A stretch of 64,000 bases of DNA from an uncultured virus (IMG/VR IMGVR_UViG_2865147665_000001) (taxonomy: Duplodnaviria > Heunggongvirae > Uroviricota > Caudoviricetes). Under the pieces are notes generated by a model. It was not told the origin of the DNA. It did not search any database and saw only the letters and a program-made list of their open reading frames with translations. Below are positions 9,542-19,940 of this stretch, piece after piece. The stretch covers positions 1 through 64,000 of IMG/VR virus record IMGVR_UViG_2865147665_000001; one strand, given 5' to 3'. A program made the translations under genes and the position numbers. Numbering within the stretch: the first letter of the stretch is position 1; each line of letters begins with the position of its first letter.

Positions 9542-12468
9542 GCCACCCCCGCCTTGATCCTTGCCCTCAGCTGCATTGACTCCACCTCACGCAACGGCGC
9601 TGTCGGATCCGCTGCGACGATCGTGCCGATACTGATCGACGTATCCACCGCAGCCCCACTGCCCGGCCCGCCCGAGCCACCGATGTCAGCCCGGTAGCCG
9701 GAGAGATTCCTGCTGGTCGCGGCCATCATCGATGCCGATGCCGCCGCCGCGAGCCCGGCCCGGTCCTCGATACCCTGCGCAAACGCCTCACCGACAGACC
9801 TGCCGGAATAGAGCACCCACCCGTGACCAGAGAAAGGACCCTCCTTCGCCGGGGAGAACGGGAAGAACCCGCGCACCTTGTCGACCACACCAGACACCAC
9901 ACTGGTCACCTTCCCGATCATCGACTTGATACCGTCAATGAACCCCTGAATCAGTGCCCTGCCCGAATCGACGAGCAGAGACCCGAGGTTCCCGATCGCA
10001 GCGACCGCCTTCCCCGGCAACTCGGCGACGAACGACACCGCCTTCCCCACGCCCTCCGAGAACGCCGACGTGACCCTATTCCACAGGTCACGAACTTTCC
10101 CGAGGAACCTGGACACCAGATCCGCGATCTTCCCAATAATGTCGGACACGAACTCCGCGATAGCGCCAATCACCGTCGACACCATGGACACGAACCCTGA
10201 AATCACACCGGCGACGAACGAGACGATCATCCCGAGCGCGGACGCCACGAAGCTGATGATCGTCGCCAACAGCTGCAGGAACACGCTCACAACCTTGAGG
10301 ATGATCTCGATCACCGGCATCACCGCAGTCACGATCGACGCAAAAGTGTTTGACAAAGAAACGATCACCGGCAGGAGGCTCACAATGATCGGCAACAGCG
10401 ACTCAATCAAGGACGCCGCCAGCTGCACGATGATTGGCAGCAGTGGCATGACCGCCTGCAGAATCGCCATGAAAGCCTGCGCGATTTGCGGGATGAACGG
10501 CGCGATCGCCGTCACCGCCTGGAGCAGAAGACCACCCATAGTCGTAGCGATCTCCCCGATGATCGGCGCAAGCTGGACGAACACCTCCGCCAGCATCTGG
10601 ATCACCGGGGCGAGCGCCTGGATCGCCGTGCCCAGCGCCGCACCCAGAGTCTCCGCCAACTGCTGGGCTACCGGCGCGAGGATCTGGAAGACCTGAGCGA
10701 TCGCATCCCACCACGGCTGCATGGCGGAAAGAGCCTGCACGAGAACGTCACCGATCACGGACGCGACCGTGGAAATCACCGGCTCGAGTGACTGGAAAAC
10801 GCTCGCGAACGTGTCGACAAGGGGCGTCAGCGCGCCGATCGCCGGAGTCAGACCGGAGACGACGGACCCGATCATCTGACCGAGGGACCCAGCGATCGGC
10901 GCGAGCGCGGTACCGAGCTGTCCGATCACAGCACCGAGTGGCGCCACAGCCGGCGCGATCGCGGCAAGCCCCTGACCGATACCGTCGATCAGGGCAGACA
11001 GTCCCGGCGCGACGTTCTGCACAAGATCCGCAATCGCCGGTGCCACGGTCCCACCGATGATCCCAGCCACCTGACCAAGAATCGGGAGGACAGCGCCTAC
11101 CGCCGAGGACATCGCCGAGAAGAACGACGACAGGGTCGACATGCCCTGCGCCGAGTTCACCCACCGGTCCGTCGCATCTATCGCCTGCCCCAGCACACCG
11201 AGCAGCGGCATGCCCGCCGAGGACATCGCCGAGAACACGCCGGAGACGATCGACCCGAGCTGTGACAAGACATCCCACAGTCCCTGCGCCTTAGCCACAG
11301 CACCCTCAAAGTAAGTCTGCAGGGAGCCGTCCTGGAAAGCAGCGACCATCTTGCCCGACCACGCCTCGGCAGCACGGCTGATGCCGTCGGTGATGGACTG
11401 AAGTACCGGGGTGGCAGCCGCACCAGCGGCGACAATTCCAGGGATCAGATTCCCGACAGCGGACACTAGATTGCCCATTGCAGCGGACCCGCCCTCAGCC
11501 AGCGTGGTGAAAGCCTGCAGGCCGGTCCCCGCTGACACGAATGCGACGACGCCGGACGCCGCAGTGCCCATGTCCACCGCCAGGGATGACATCGCCCCCT
11601 GGATCGGCGCAATCAGGGACGCGAGATCGCCGATGTTGGAGAAGCTTCCCCAGAAGTCCTCCTGCACGGCATCACCGACTGAGGAGAACTGCTCCTTCAG
11701 CCCACGGAGGGCGGTCGCCCCCGCCTGGGCGGCCGGACCCATGTCAGCGATCGCCGCGTTGAAGTCCTCCACGGTTTCCGCGGACAGGGCATCACCGAAG
11801 CCGTCGAACGCGGCTTTGAGCGTCCCCACTGCCAGAGCAGCACCCGTGAGAGCTGGCACGGCAAGGGCCGCCCCCAGCGCGGCTATCGGAGCCAGTGCGG
11901 ACACCGCCGCAGCAGCAAGGGACGCCAGAGGAGCGGCAAGGCCAGCCACTGCCACCGTCGCCGCCCCTGCCGCCCCCGACAGGACGAGAACCTTCGCCGC
12001 CGCGGACAGCATCCCCGACCCCATCAGACGAACCCCCGCGGTCGCAGCCATAGCCGCAGCCGCCAGCCCCGCGACGGACGCCGACTTCACGTCCATCTGC
12101 ACATCGATCTCACCCGCCGCAGCCTGGGCAGTCGCCACCGCACGACGAGCGGACCCCGCCAGGGACGACGCGTCCACGTCCATCTGCACATCGATCTCAC
12201 TAGCGGCAGCCTGCGCCGCCTCAGCCGCCCGACGAGCAGACGCAGACAGGGATGACACGTCCACATCAGTCTGCACATCGATCTTCCCCGCCGCATCCTG
12301 GGCAACCTTCACCGCCTGCGACACAGACCGGGCAAGACCATCAGCATCCGCCACAACCGGAATATCGACCCTGAATGCGTTCTCCACCCGGTCGAGGGTC
12401 TTCTTCAACTCCGTGCGGAACTGACGCGTGTCAGGCCAGACGCGGACACTGACCTTGCCTGCCTCCAC
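9538..12468 (-). CDS. Tape measure protein
   Basis: 976 aa, Ala/Gly-rich amphipathic repeats, AGKVSVRVWPD start, FFPFSPAKEGP motif. Confidence 0.93.
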   Translation of the reverse strand: MEAGKVSVRVWPDTRQFRTELKKTLDRVENAFRVDIPVVADADGLARSVSQAVKVAQDAAGKIDVQTDVDVSSLSASARRAAEAAQAAASEIDVQMDVDASSLAGSARRAVATAQAAAGEIDVQMDVKSASVAGLAAAAMAATAGVRLMGSGMLSAAAKVLVLSGAAGAATVAVAGLAAPLASLAAAAVSALAPIAALGAALAVPALTGAALAVGTLKAAFDGFGDALSAETVEDFNAAIADMGPAAQAGATALRGLKEQFSSVGDAVQEDFWGSFSNIGDLASLIAPIQGAMSSLAVDMGTAASGVVAFVSAGTGLQAFTTLAEGGSAAMGNLVSAVGNLIPGIVAAGAAATPVLQSITDGISRAAEAWSGKMVAAFQDGSLQTYFEGAVAKAQGLWDVLSQLGSIVSGVFSAMSSAGMPLLGVLGQAIDATDRWVNSAQGMSTLSSFFSAMSSAVGAVLPILGQVAGIIGGTVAPAIADLVQNVAPGLSALIDGIGQGLAAIAPAVAPLGAVIGQLGTALAPIAGSLGQMIGSVVSGLTPAIGALTPLVDTFASVFQSLEPVISTVASVIGDVLVQALSAMQPWWDAIAQVFQILAPVAQQLAETLGAALGTAIQALAPVIQMLAEVFVQLAPIIGEIATTMGGLLLQAVTAIAPFIPQIAQAFMAILQAVMPLLPIIVQLAASLIESLLPIIVSLLPVIVSLSNTFASIVTAVMPVIEIILKVVSVFLQLLATIISFVASALGMIVSFVAGVISGFVSMVSTVIGAIAEFVSDIIGKIADLVSRFLGKVRDLWNRVTSAFSEGVGKAVSFVAELPGKAVAAIGNLGSLLVDSGRALIQGFIDGIKSMIGKVTSVVSGVVDKVRGFFPFSPAKEGPFSGHGWVLYSGRSVGEAFAQGIEDRAGLAAAASASMMAATSRNLSGYRADIGGSGGPGSGAAVDTSISIGTIVAADPTAPLREVESMQLRARIKAGVA

Positions 12469-12483
12469 AGGTGCCTCCCACGA

Positions 12484-12906
12484 TCAGGGGGCGACATCCA
12501 GCCTGCCACCCGCTCTGCGAGCAGATCTTCGCAGCCTGTCCAGATTCGCCCGTGTTCGGCGACGTTTCTCAGCCTCGCGACCAGGGCGAGCTTCCCACTC
12601 GCGGAAGTCGGTTTTCTTCGCGCCCCGCTTCTTGCCCTCGTCGGACCGCATGACCCGCAGCGCTTCGACCGCGTTCCGCAGGTCCAGGGTGAGCCACAGC
12701 ATGTCATCCCAGCCAGGACGCTTCTCCCCCATCAAGCGGCCCTGGAAACGAGACGACGCGGGCAGCCCCAGGATCAGCAGCAGCACCTCACGCGGGTCCC
12801 ACTCCTCCACGACCTCCACCAGACGCAGGTGGTAGTGCTCAGCAAAATCCGGGACCAGGGCCTCACCGAACCACTCAAGCAGATCGTGGAGGGCGATCAG
12901 TTTCCC
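12484..12906 (-). CDS. Tail assembly chaperone, -1 frameshift extension (gpT-like)
   Basis: Frame is open from the GGGAAAC slippery site (KLIALHDLLEWF...EVVEEWD). Confidence 0.8.
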   Translation of the reverse strand, partial: GKLIALHDLLEWFGEALVPDFAEHYHLRLVEVVEEWDPREVLLLILGLPASSRFQGRLMGEKRPGWDDMLWLTLDLRNAVEALRVMRSDEGKKRGAKKTDFREWEARPGREAEKRRRTRANLDRLRRSARRAGGRLDVAP

Positions 12907-13388
12907 AGGGACTCCGACAGCTTCCCGAACGCGGCCAGAAGAGCACCCTCCCCATTCTCCTGCTCACACAGCCACGCGGTCATCGCCTCGCGGTCCGCGG
13001 CGCGATCAAGCACCAGATCCTGCATAGCCTGGAACATCCTGTCCACCTCGGGCAGCTTGTCCAGCACCATATCCTCACTGGCGCCCTTCATCCCCTCCGG
13101 CACCATCTTCTCCAATGCCGCGAGCTGCGCCTTCACATGGAACCTGGCTGCCGGCAGCTGTCCTCGCAGCGAGCGGAAAGCCGGCATGGAGGCAGCATCC
13201 ACACCCTCGTCCACACTCTCCGCGGTCTGCTCCGGGACAAGGCCGGACAGGGCCGGCATCTCATCCACGAGCGCCCCCTCAGGAGGGGTGGACGGATTCA
13301 CAACCGGCGCTGACGCTTCGGACACTGCATGCTGCGGGGTATGCGCCGATTCGGGGACGGGCATCGGACTGGTCATCTCGGACTCCAA
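12897..13388 (-). CDS. Tail assembly chaperone (gpG-like)
   Basis: Between major tail and tape measure; ends CTG GGA AAC TGA. Confidence 0.85.
   Translation of the reverse strand: MESEMTSPMPVPESAHTPQHAVSEASAPVVNPSTPPEGALVDEMPALSGLVPEQTAESVDEGVDAASMPAFRSLRGQLPAARFHVKAQLAALEKMVPEGMKGASEDMVLDKLPEVDRMFQAMQDLVLDRAADREAMTAWLCEQENGEGALLAAFGKLSESLGN
12900..12906 (-). promoter_or_regulatory. -1 programmed frameshift heptamer G GGA AAC
   Basis: X XXY YYZ pattern just before the stop, with an open -1 frame. Confidence 0.85.
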
Positions 13389-13396
13389 TCAGGAAA

Positions 13397-13435
13397 GTGG
13401 GTGTGACCAGTGCAGAATGCACCAGTCACACCCAC
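13397..13435 (-). terminator. Hairpin after the major tail gene
   Basis: gtgggtgtgac...gtcacacccac stem followed by TTT on the minus strand. Confidence 0.5.
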
Positions 13436-13454
13436 CACAGTCTGATCTGCGACA

Positions 13455-14090
13455 CTACTCGCCAGACGACGGGGGCGCCGGGGCCACCGGCTTCACCAAC
13501 GCCCCCTCGATCACCGTCATGCGACGCATCTTCGACTCCGTCCCGTCAGTCACCAGGGTGGTGAGCACCGTCCACTTCACCGGAAGGCCAGCAAACGCCT
13601 CGGGGTCCAGCTCGATACCACCCTCAGGAGACGAGCTGACCTTGTAGTACTCGATGCCGAGCACACTGGCACCATCGATGATGACAACCAGCATCGCCAC
13701 CTCGGTCGCAGAGTAGACCGCCGGGGCGTGGAAATGCCCCTTCTCGTCATCGATGACGCCCGGGCCGAACCGGTGAGTGAGGGGCTTCTCCGACCACTGG
13801 ATCGGCGTCACAGTGATCGACTCGGTGATGGTCGTCTTCGTGGTCCGCAGCGCGCTATTCTCCCACGCGCCCTTGACCTCACCACCCTCGACATCCGCGT
13901 CGATCGACGGCAGCTCATCGGAGGACGTGTAGCCCAGCGGCAGGAACGCGCCAAGCGCACCCACAGCACCAGCATCAACCCACTGCTGCAACTCTGAAGC
14001 AGTGGGTGGCAGGGTGCCGACCGGGGCGATCAGCACGCCACCCCGGCCCGGGATGAACACCGCATCATCGCGGTAAATCTCATCAGCCAT
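13455..14090 (-). CDS. Major tail protein
   Basis: AVFIPGRGGVLIAPVGT and LGYTSSDELP motifs; position. Confidence 0.85.
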   Translation of the reverse strand: MADEIYRDDAVFIPGRGGVLIAPVGTLPPTASELQQWVDAGAVGALGAFLPLGYTSSDELPSIDADVEGGEVKGAWENSALRTTKTTITESITVTPIQWSEKPLTHRFGPGVIDDEKGHFHAPAVYSATEVAMLVVIIDGASVLGIEYYKVSSSPEGGIELDPEAFAGLPVKWTVLTTLVTDGTESKMRRMTVIEGALVKPVAPAPPSSGE

Positions 14091-14091
14091 T

Positions 14092-14505
14092 TCAGGCTCC
14101 TCTCCTCGCAATCAGCGAGAAAGTCTGGGACACCATCTCGGCGCCCGTCGGATTGTGCGGTGACAGTCGGACCGGCTCGCTGTCACACTTCACGCTAGAA
14201 AACCGCACTTCACCCGCCCCGGTGAGCGACAACAGGGCATCCCCAACCCGCTCCGCTTCCGTCACAGTGACATCAAAATCAGGGCCCGTCGTCGCCAACA
14301 CCGCCGTCGCCGACACCGCCCACCGAGCCCCCGGCAGCACCCCCAACTGCCGCGACGACGCCACCGACACCACCGTCATCACCACATCAGGCCTGTACGC
14401 CGCGTCACGGTCAGCACGGACCACACTGCCCGGCAATGCCACGGACAGGCCCTCCACCAGGGAGGCCACCACATCGACACGCCCATGAACCGGCTCCAAA
14501 CCCAT
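14092..14505 (-). CDS. Tail terminator
   Basis: Synteny and size. Confidence 0.6.
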   Translation of the reverse strand: MGLEPVHGRVDVVASLVEGLSVALPGSVVRADRDAAYRPDVVMTVVSVASSRQLGVLPGARWAVSATAVLATTGPDFDVTVTEAERVGDALLSLTGAGEVRFSSVKCDSEPVRLSPHNPTGAEMVSQTFSLIARRGA

Positions 14506-14825
14506 CAGCTCATCCCCTTCACTGCCTTGATCAGGTTGAACTGGCCAGGCACCCACTTGCCCAGCGTCCCGTCCCGCTTCTCCGCAAAGTGACCGAGCTC
14601 CAAAGCCACAGCCGCCGGATGCGCAGTGAACACCTCACGGTCAGGGCCACCAGCCGGCCCCTCCTTGAACGAGTCAGAGAAGTCACCGGTCCTGTGATGC
14701 GTCGCAGCCTGCGCCTGCACTGCCGCCAGCAGTTCCGTCGAAGTCTTCTTCACCTCAGCTCGAACCCCCGCCATCTTCGCGACCTTCTTGTTCGCGTCCG
14801 GATACACCTCAGCCATCACGGCCAC
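14505..14825 (-). CDS. Head-tail region protein (HK97 gp10-like)
   Basis: AVALELGH...WVPG motif; synteny. Confidence 0.6.
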   Translation of the reverse strand: MAVMAEVYPDANKKVAKMAGVRAEVKKTSTELLAAVQAQAATHHRTGDFSDSFKEGPAGGPDREVFTAHPAAVALELGHFAEKRDGTLGKWVPGQFNLIKAVKGMS

Positions 14826-15180
14826 CTCTCACCACACCGGCCTCCCGCAGACGCACCACATCACGAGCCGTCGCACGACTCCCACGGTGCCGCTTCGGCT
14901 CACCGACCACGTTGTACAGCACCCCGTCACCGTCAATGACCTGCGACAAATCATCGCCAGGGAACCGCGGACAGATGAAATTCTTGACCGTCATCACCCC
15001 GATCTCCCCCGCCGCAGCCGCCGCGGTGATGTCCTCCGACGACGACTCCTGCAACCGGCCGTACACAGTCACCCGACCAGTCTCCACCGGCACCTGCCTG
15101 GCACGGTCACCATCCCGCATCTCACGCAGCACCACAGTGACCGTGTGCGACGACCCGACCCGATTGATCAGGCTCACCAT
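14809..15180 (-). CDS. Head-to-tail stopper
   Basis: YNVVGEPKRHRGS motif; synteny. Confidence 0.65.
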   Translation of the reverse strand: MVSLINRVGSSHTVTVVLREMRDGDRARQVPVETGRVTVYGRLQESSSEDITAAAAAGEIGVMTVKNFICPRFPGDDLSQVIDGDGVLYNVVGEPKRHRGSRATARDVVRLREAGVVRGGRDG

Positions 15181-15629
15181 CCACCCCCGTACCACGGGAA
15201 ACCGAACTCCGACCCGTCCGGCACATACACGGTCGACGGAGCGCACACGTCACCCCGGGTCACCCCGACCGTGCCCAACCCCTTCACACGCTGCACCGCC
15301 CGGTACTCACCCAACGTCTTCAGCTCATTCGGCGTGAAGATGTCCGCCTTCGTCACCGACGCGTCCAGGCCATAGGAGTAGTCGCCAGACTGCTCCCGCG
15401 TGAACCTATCCGGGTTCGTGTACAGGCGCCGCGCGGCCAGCGCGAGGACAGCCATCGCCCCCGGCGGAACATCCAGCGGATCCGCCCACGGACGCTTCGT
15501 GATGTCCAGCGCCGCAGCACTGACCATCTCAATCACCCACACAGCCAGACCCTCGTCCACCGGACCAGCATCAGACGGCAGGGACCGCTCCAAATCAGCA
15601 GGGTCAATCAACCGCACCCTGTCAGCCAC
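15174..15629 (-). CDS. Head-to-tail adaptor
   Basis: RRLYTNPDRFTREQSGDYSY motif. Confidence 0.75.
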   Translation of the reverse strand: MADRVRLIDPADLERSLPSDAGPVDEGLAVWVIEMVSAAALDITKRPWADPLDVPPGAMAVLALAARRLYTNPDRFTREQSGDYSYGLDASVTKADIFTPNELKTLGEYRAVQRVKGLGTVGVTRGDVCAPSTVYVPDGSEFGFPWYGGGW

Positions 15630-15692
15630 GAGGGCCTCCTCCCATCAAGGCAGGCCCCCACCCAAGAGAATGAGTGGGAGCATCAGACAGAG

Positions 15693-16781
15693 CTACTCAC
15701 CAGAAGCCGGAGGAGTGGCGGGAGGCGTAGCAGGAGCAGCAGCCTTCTCCTCGAAACCGGCCGTGCCAGTCAACTTCACGATGCGCTGAGCATCGAGGAC
15801 CTGAGCACCAGCGAAGGTGTCGGTGACCGCACGATCCTGCAGATGGTCAGCGTCGTAGTCCTGCAGGTACCGCAGGGTGAAGCCATCAGCACTGGCGGTG
15901 CCAGCGAACGCTGCACCACGCGGGGCGACGGTCGTGCGGGTCACCAGGGTCACCGCGTCACGCTGCACCGCGTACGCGGCGAGCGGATCGATGGTGTAGT
16001 CCGCCACGATGGTGAAGCCATACAGGGTGCCGATGGTCGCACGACGCAGCTGGTCAGCGCTGCCGGACTCGTTGACCTTCGTCAGCAGATCCTGAGACAG
16101 CAGCGCAGCCTCCCACCCGGACCCGACGACGAGAGTCCGGTTGTCCACCGGGACGCCACGCTCGGCGAAAAGCTGGTGCGCAGCACGGATAGCGGGGAGG
16201 ACACCCGCATTGTCCGCAGCGGTGAGAGAAGCGGCCTTGACGGACACCTTCGCCCCATAGCCGGCGAACTGCACGCCTGCGGCGCGAAGGGCGTTGATGT
16301 CCGTGTACGTCTTCCCGTCAACACCGACGATCGCGCCCTTCGCAGCCTTGTCGATCGCGGTGAGCCCGGCAGGGACCGAAGCGAAAGCCTCAGCGACAAT
16401 CGCGTTGATGTCCTCCGCGACGGACTCAGCCATCGGGGCAACGACCTCACGCTCAATGTCGGTGAGGGTGAAGGTCTGGAAATCGTCCGGCAGCTTCACG
16501 GCCTGGTACACCTGATCACTCACGGTAACGTGGGTGTACGGCTGCAGCAGGTTGGAGTAGGTGATGGCGTTCTCGGCAGCACGATCGGCGGCAGTGTACC
16601 GTCGCGCCTTCTCGATCATGACAGGTCGCTTCACCGTGACAGTCGCACCACGACCAGCGGTGAACTCCTTGGAGAAGTCCTGGTTCACGATGCGCGCCAG
16701 GGTGGACTTGTAACGCAGGGCAGCCAGCATTGATGTGGCAACCTGCCCAGGGGTGTACAGGAGATGCTGCGGAGCAGCCAT
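15693..16781 (-). CDS. Major capsid protein
   Basis: 362 aa after scaffold; GATVTVKRP and P22-coat-like features. Confidence 0.88.
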   Translation of the reverse strand: MAAPQHLLYTPGQVATSMLAALRYKSTLARIVNQDFSKEFTAGRGATVTVKRPVMIEKARRYTAADRAAENAITYSNLLQPYTHVTVSDQVYQAVKLPDDFQTFTLTDIEREVVAPMAESVAEDINAIVAEAFASVPAGLTAIDKAAKGAIVGVDGKTYTDINALRAAGVQFAGYGAKVSVKAASLTAADNAGVLPAIRAAHQLFAERGVPVDNRTLVVGSGWEAALLSQDLLTKVNESGSADQLRRATIGTLYGFTIVADYTIDPLAAYAVQRDAVTLVTRTTVAPRGAAFAGTASADGFTLRYLQDYDADHLQDRAVTDTFAGAQVLDAQRIVKLTGTAGFEEKAAAPATPPATPPASGE

Positions 16782-16786
16782 AGCAC

Positions 16787-17374
16787 TTACCTCTCGAAGA
16801 TTCGAGCACCGATCTTCCCCAGATCGGTCTCAGTTTCCGGTGTCACCCGGAAATCCCCCTGACGATCACCAGTGGCCGGCGGGGCGCCAGGCACAAAGCT
16901 CTTCTTCCCGACCAGTTCCAGCAACTTCTCAGCATCAGCATTCAGCTCCTCCGGAGTGGACCCCTGCAAGCGAGCGGCAAGCTCCAGCGGCAGGCCGGTC
17001 TGCTCAGCCGCCTTGTACTTCGCCAACTCCGATTCCGCACTCACAGCACGGTCACGAAGCTTCTTCGCCTCACGGTTCTTCCTCCGCAGTCGCTTCCGCC
17101 ACGCCTCATCATCCGCGGAATCCACGACATCATCGTCGTCGTCATCCTCATCAGACTCAGCATCAGCCTCATCGGACACATCCTCGGCAGCGTCGACCTC
17201 GCCAGTCGGCTGCTCCGGAGCATCCAGCTCCTGGGACTCGTCGGCACTGTCCACCTGCTCCGCCTCCTGGGCTGGGGCCTGCACGTCAGTGTTGTCGTCA
17301 GTCAGATTCTCGGGCACTTCTTGTCCTCTTTCGCTCCAGGCGTTGAGATGATCCACAGGCTCCCGGCCTGTCAT
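16787..17374 (-). CDS. Scaffolding protein
   Basis: Acidic N-terminus; LAARLQGSTPEELNADAEKL motif. Confidence 0.82.
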   Translation of the reverse strand: MTGREPVDHLNAWSERGQEVPENLTDDNTDVQAPAQEAEQVDSADESQELDAPEQPTGEVDAAEDVSDEADAESDEDDDDDDVVDSADDEAWRKRLRRKNREAKKLRDRAVSAESELAKYKAAEQTGLPLELAARLQGSTPEELNADAEKLLELVGKKSFVPGAPPATGDRQGDFRVTPETETDLGKIGARIFER

Positions 17375-18510
17375 GCGCTCAGCTTCTCAGCCTCTTTGCG
17401 GTACCTCGCGATTCGCGACACCAGGGCCTTGTGCTCCTGTGTCAGGGACATCACAGCAATGTCCTCATCCGACTGACCCCGCGCTTTCAACTCCGCAATC
17501 TCCTGCTGCACACCTACTGCACGCTTCTCCAGCTCGTCGGCGTACGCCCGATACCGCTGGGAATCCCAGGCACCGGCCATCGGGTTCTTCTCGGCACTCC
17601 TCCGCTCCGACGCTTTCGCCGGTGCCGGCCGCTTCCGCCTCCCCGTCGACTGCCCATGCACCGGCGCCGGCCGCCGAGTCCCATCCAGTGGCCCGTCGTA
17701 GTTCTCCGGCAGCGTCCCCGAATTCCGCCACCGCTGCCACGCCAGCCACGGATTCTCCTGCCCAGCAGCAACCTGCGCCCACTCCTCGGCCAGCTGATTC
17801 CCATTGCCGGGCAGGTTGATCTTCCCGTCGACCTTGTACACCGGCTCCATCGTGCACTGGCAGTGGTCGTGTACCTTGAACCGGCCGTCGCCGACGAACC
17901 TCGCGTTCGAGGCCGTGAACGCGTCCGACCGGTACAGCAGTGTCCCCGCAGCCTCCTCCCCCGCGAAGTACAGGCCACGAGAAGCCAGCATTGCGCAGAA
18001 CGGGCACGGGTCAGCGTCGACGACCCTGGCGTACCCGACCGGCCCATTCCCCCGCCTGACCTCGGCCTCAATCACCTGCCTGCCACCATCAGCAGCCAGC
18101 TTCGTTGCCTTCCCCACCACCGACTGACGTGTCCGCTCCACACCCTCAGACTCCGAATACCCCTTCCGAGAAAGAGACTTCGCCACCCCCCGAGTCGTCG
18201 CCAGAATCTCCCTCGCAATCTCCACCTCATCAACTTCCGACGGTTCCTCCACCGGGGCAGGGGCATCCGGAGCCTCCACCGCATGAAAAGCATGCAGGTA
18301 GTCCACGCTGAGCATCCGGGACGCCTCCCGGTACCTGGCGATCTCCACAGCCGCCTGCCGCGCGAACTCCTCCGCAGACTCATCAATCCGCGACCAGTCA
18401 AACAGCCGGGCAAACAGCTTCACCAGCACCTTCGCCAGCGAATCCCCCACCTTCACCTGCTGACGCCGATGCTCCTCCGTCAGCTTGTCACCGGCATGCG
18501 TCCTCGCCAT
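17371..18510 (-). CDS. Head morphogenesis / capsid maturation protein (MuF-like)
   Basis: GYARV...CPFCAMLASRG and HDHCQC motifs. Confidence 0.8.
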   Translation of the reverse strand: MARTHAGDKLTEEHRRQQVKVGDSLAKVLVKLFARLFDWSRIDESAEEFARQAAVEIARYREASRMLSVDYLHAFHAVEAPDAPAPVEEPSEVDEVEIAREILATTRGVAKSLSRKGYSESEGVERTRQSVVGKATKLAADGGRQVIEAEVRRGNGPVGYARVVDADPCPFCAMLASRGLYFAGEEAAGTLLYRSDAFTASNARFVGDGRFKVHDHCQCTMEPVYKVDGKINLPGNGNQLAEEWAQVAAGQENPWLAWQRWRNSGTLPENYDGPLDGTRRPAPVHGQSTGRRKRPAPAKASERRSAEKNPMAGAWDSQRYRAYADELEKRAVGVQQEIAELKARGQSDEDIAVMSLTQEHKALVSRIARYRKEAEKLSA

Positions 18511-19910
18511 CAGGACACCTCAGACACAGTGCTCTCAACCTGGCGAGAGAATGACGCGGCCAACGGGTCACGCTCGTACGCCTCATCTTTCAGACGGGTC
18601 CACTCCTCAATATCAGCGGACTCCACACCCGGCACCATCCGCCACAATCCCTCAGCCGGGATCCCCAGCTGCGTCGCCAGCTTCCCGAGAGCATCCGCGG
18701 CCTGAGCCAGCGACCTGATCTCCATGTCCTGCCAGGTCACACGAACCAGCGAGTCCTCCGCCAGATCCGACCAGCCCGCCAGAGTGGCGGCAGCCCGCAG
18801 CAGCCGCGAGTACGACGCACTGGCGGACACCTGCCGCTCAAACACCTTCTTCGTCAACGGGGCCCTGGCACTGGCCAGAGCATCTGCGGACAGATTCACC
18901 AGCTGCCCTGTCAACGCATGCGCCGGCGTCTGCGACACAGCAGCCAAGGCTTCAATGTCCGACCGCCAACTGTTCACGAACGGGTCCAAAGCGGTCGCAT
19001 CCAGAGTGCCGAACTGCACATCCGGCTTCTCTGCCACCAGAATGTCATCCTGCGCCAACTTCAACTTCAACTGCTCAGTGGCGGCCGGGTCGAGCTGATC
19101 GGTCGGATCGCCGTCCTCGTCCAGCAGTGACGGCAGCTCCAGCCCGGTGACTGTCTTCACCTTCCATGAGTTGTAGTGCTGTGCCAGCAGACGGTCATAG
19201 GCGGTCTTGTTGATCCTCGCCGCAGACGGAATGAATGGCGTGACCTCCCCCGTCACCCGCCCATCAAGATCCTCACGATTCGCGAATCGAACCACCGGCA
19301 CGAAATCCAGACCCGTCGGCGCCGGCTCCCCGACAACCAGCCCGTCCATCACAGAACCAGGAACCGGGACACCCTTCCTGAGCGCGAAAGTCTGCCCCGG
19401 CACACTCAACCTGTAGGACCCGACCCTGGCGTCCAGGACTTCAAGAGCAGCCGACGGGTACGGATCCCCCAACGCCTCATACTCGACCGCCATCCTGTTC
19501 GGCGACACGAACCGGACCCGCGGCATCGGGTCCTTCGACGCCTGCGCCACACCGTACGCATGACCATAAGCGACCATCGCACGGTGCATGCCAACCTGCG
19601 CAGACTGCAGACCATTGCCGTACCACGTCTGCCGCAACCGCTCGTCAGCGCCACTGGTCCCCACGATGTTGTCCACAAACATCGCCTGAACCACATTGTC
19701 CACGACGAGCCGGAGCCAGGGGGTGCGAGACAGGTCAGCGAGCGCCCTATGCTCCCACGTCGCCTTCCTCGGCAGCTCGAACCCACGCTCCTGCGGCCAC
19801 AGCCAAGAATCGATCGCTTCACACTCCTGCTGCTGCCGTGACAGCCGGGACAGCAACCGGTCGAAAAATGCCTTGATCTTCTCAGGGGTCATGCGAATAT
19901 GGTCACCCAC
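18510..19910 (-). CDS. Portal protein
   Basis: WLRLVVDN, VPVVRFAN and NLSADAL motifs of SPP1-like portals. Confidence 0.9.
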   Translation of the reverse strand: MGDHIRMTPEKIKAFFDRLLSRLSRQQQECEAIDSWLWPQERGFELPRKATWEHRALADLSRTPWLRLVVDNVVQAMFVDNIVGTSGADERLRQTWYGNGLQSAQVGMHRAMVAYGHAYGVAQASKDPMPRVRFVSPNRMAVEYEALGDPYPSAALEVLDARVGSYRLSVPGQTFALRKGVPVPGSVMDGLVVGEPAPTGLDFVPVVRFANREDLDGRVTGEVTPFIPSAARINKTAYDRLLAQHYNSWKVKTVTGLELPSLLDEDGDPTDQLDPAATEQLKLKLAQDDILVAEKPDVQFGTLDATALDPFVNSWRSDIEALAAVSQTPAHALTGQLVNLSADALASARAPLTKKVFERQVSASASYSRLLRAAATLAGWSDLAEDSLVRVTWQDMEIRSLAQAADALGKLATQLGIPAEGLWRMVPGVESADIEEWTRLKDEAYERDPLAASFSRQVESTVSEVS

Positions 19911-19940
19911 CTGGGAATATGCACAGCAGCTAGCGACATA

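Noticed and set aside
12080..12290. Repeated ~96-bp units at the tape measure 5' end
   Set aside because: Ordinary coding repeats (EIDVQMDV) of tape measure proteins
17371..18510. MuF-fused polymorphic toxin
   Set aside because: C-terminal extension is a short coiled coil with no recognisable toxin motif and no immunity gene follows
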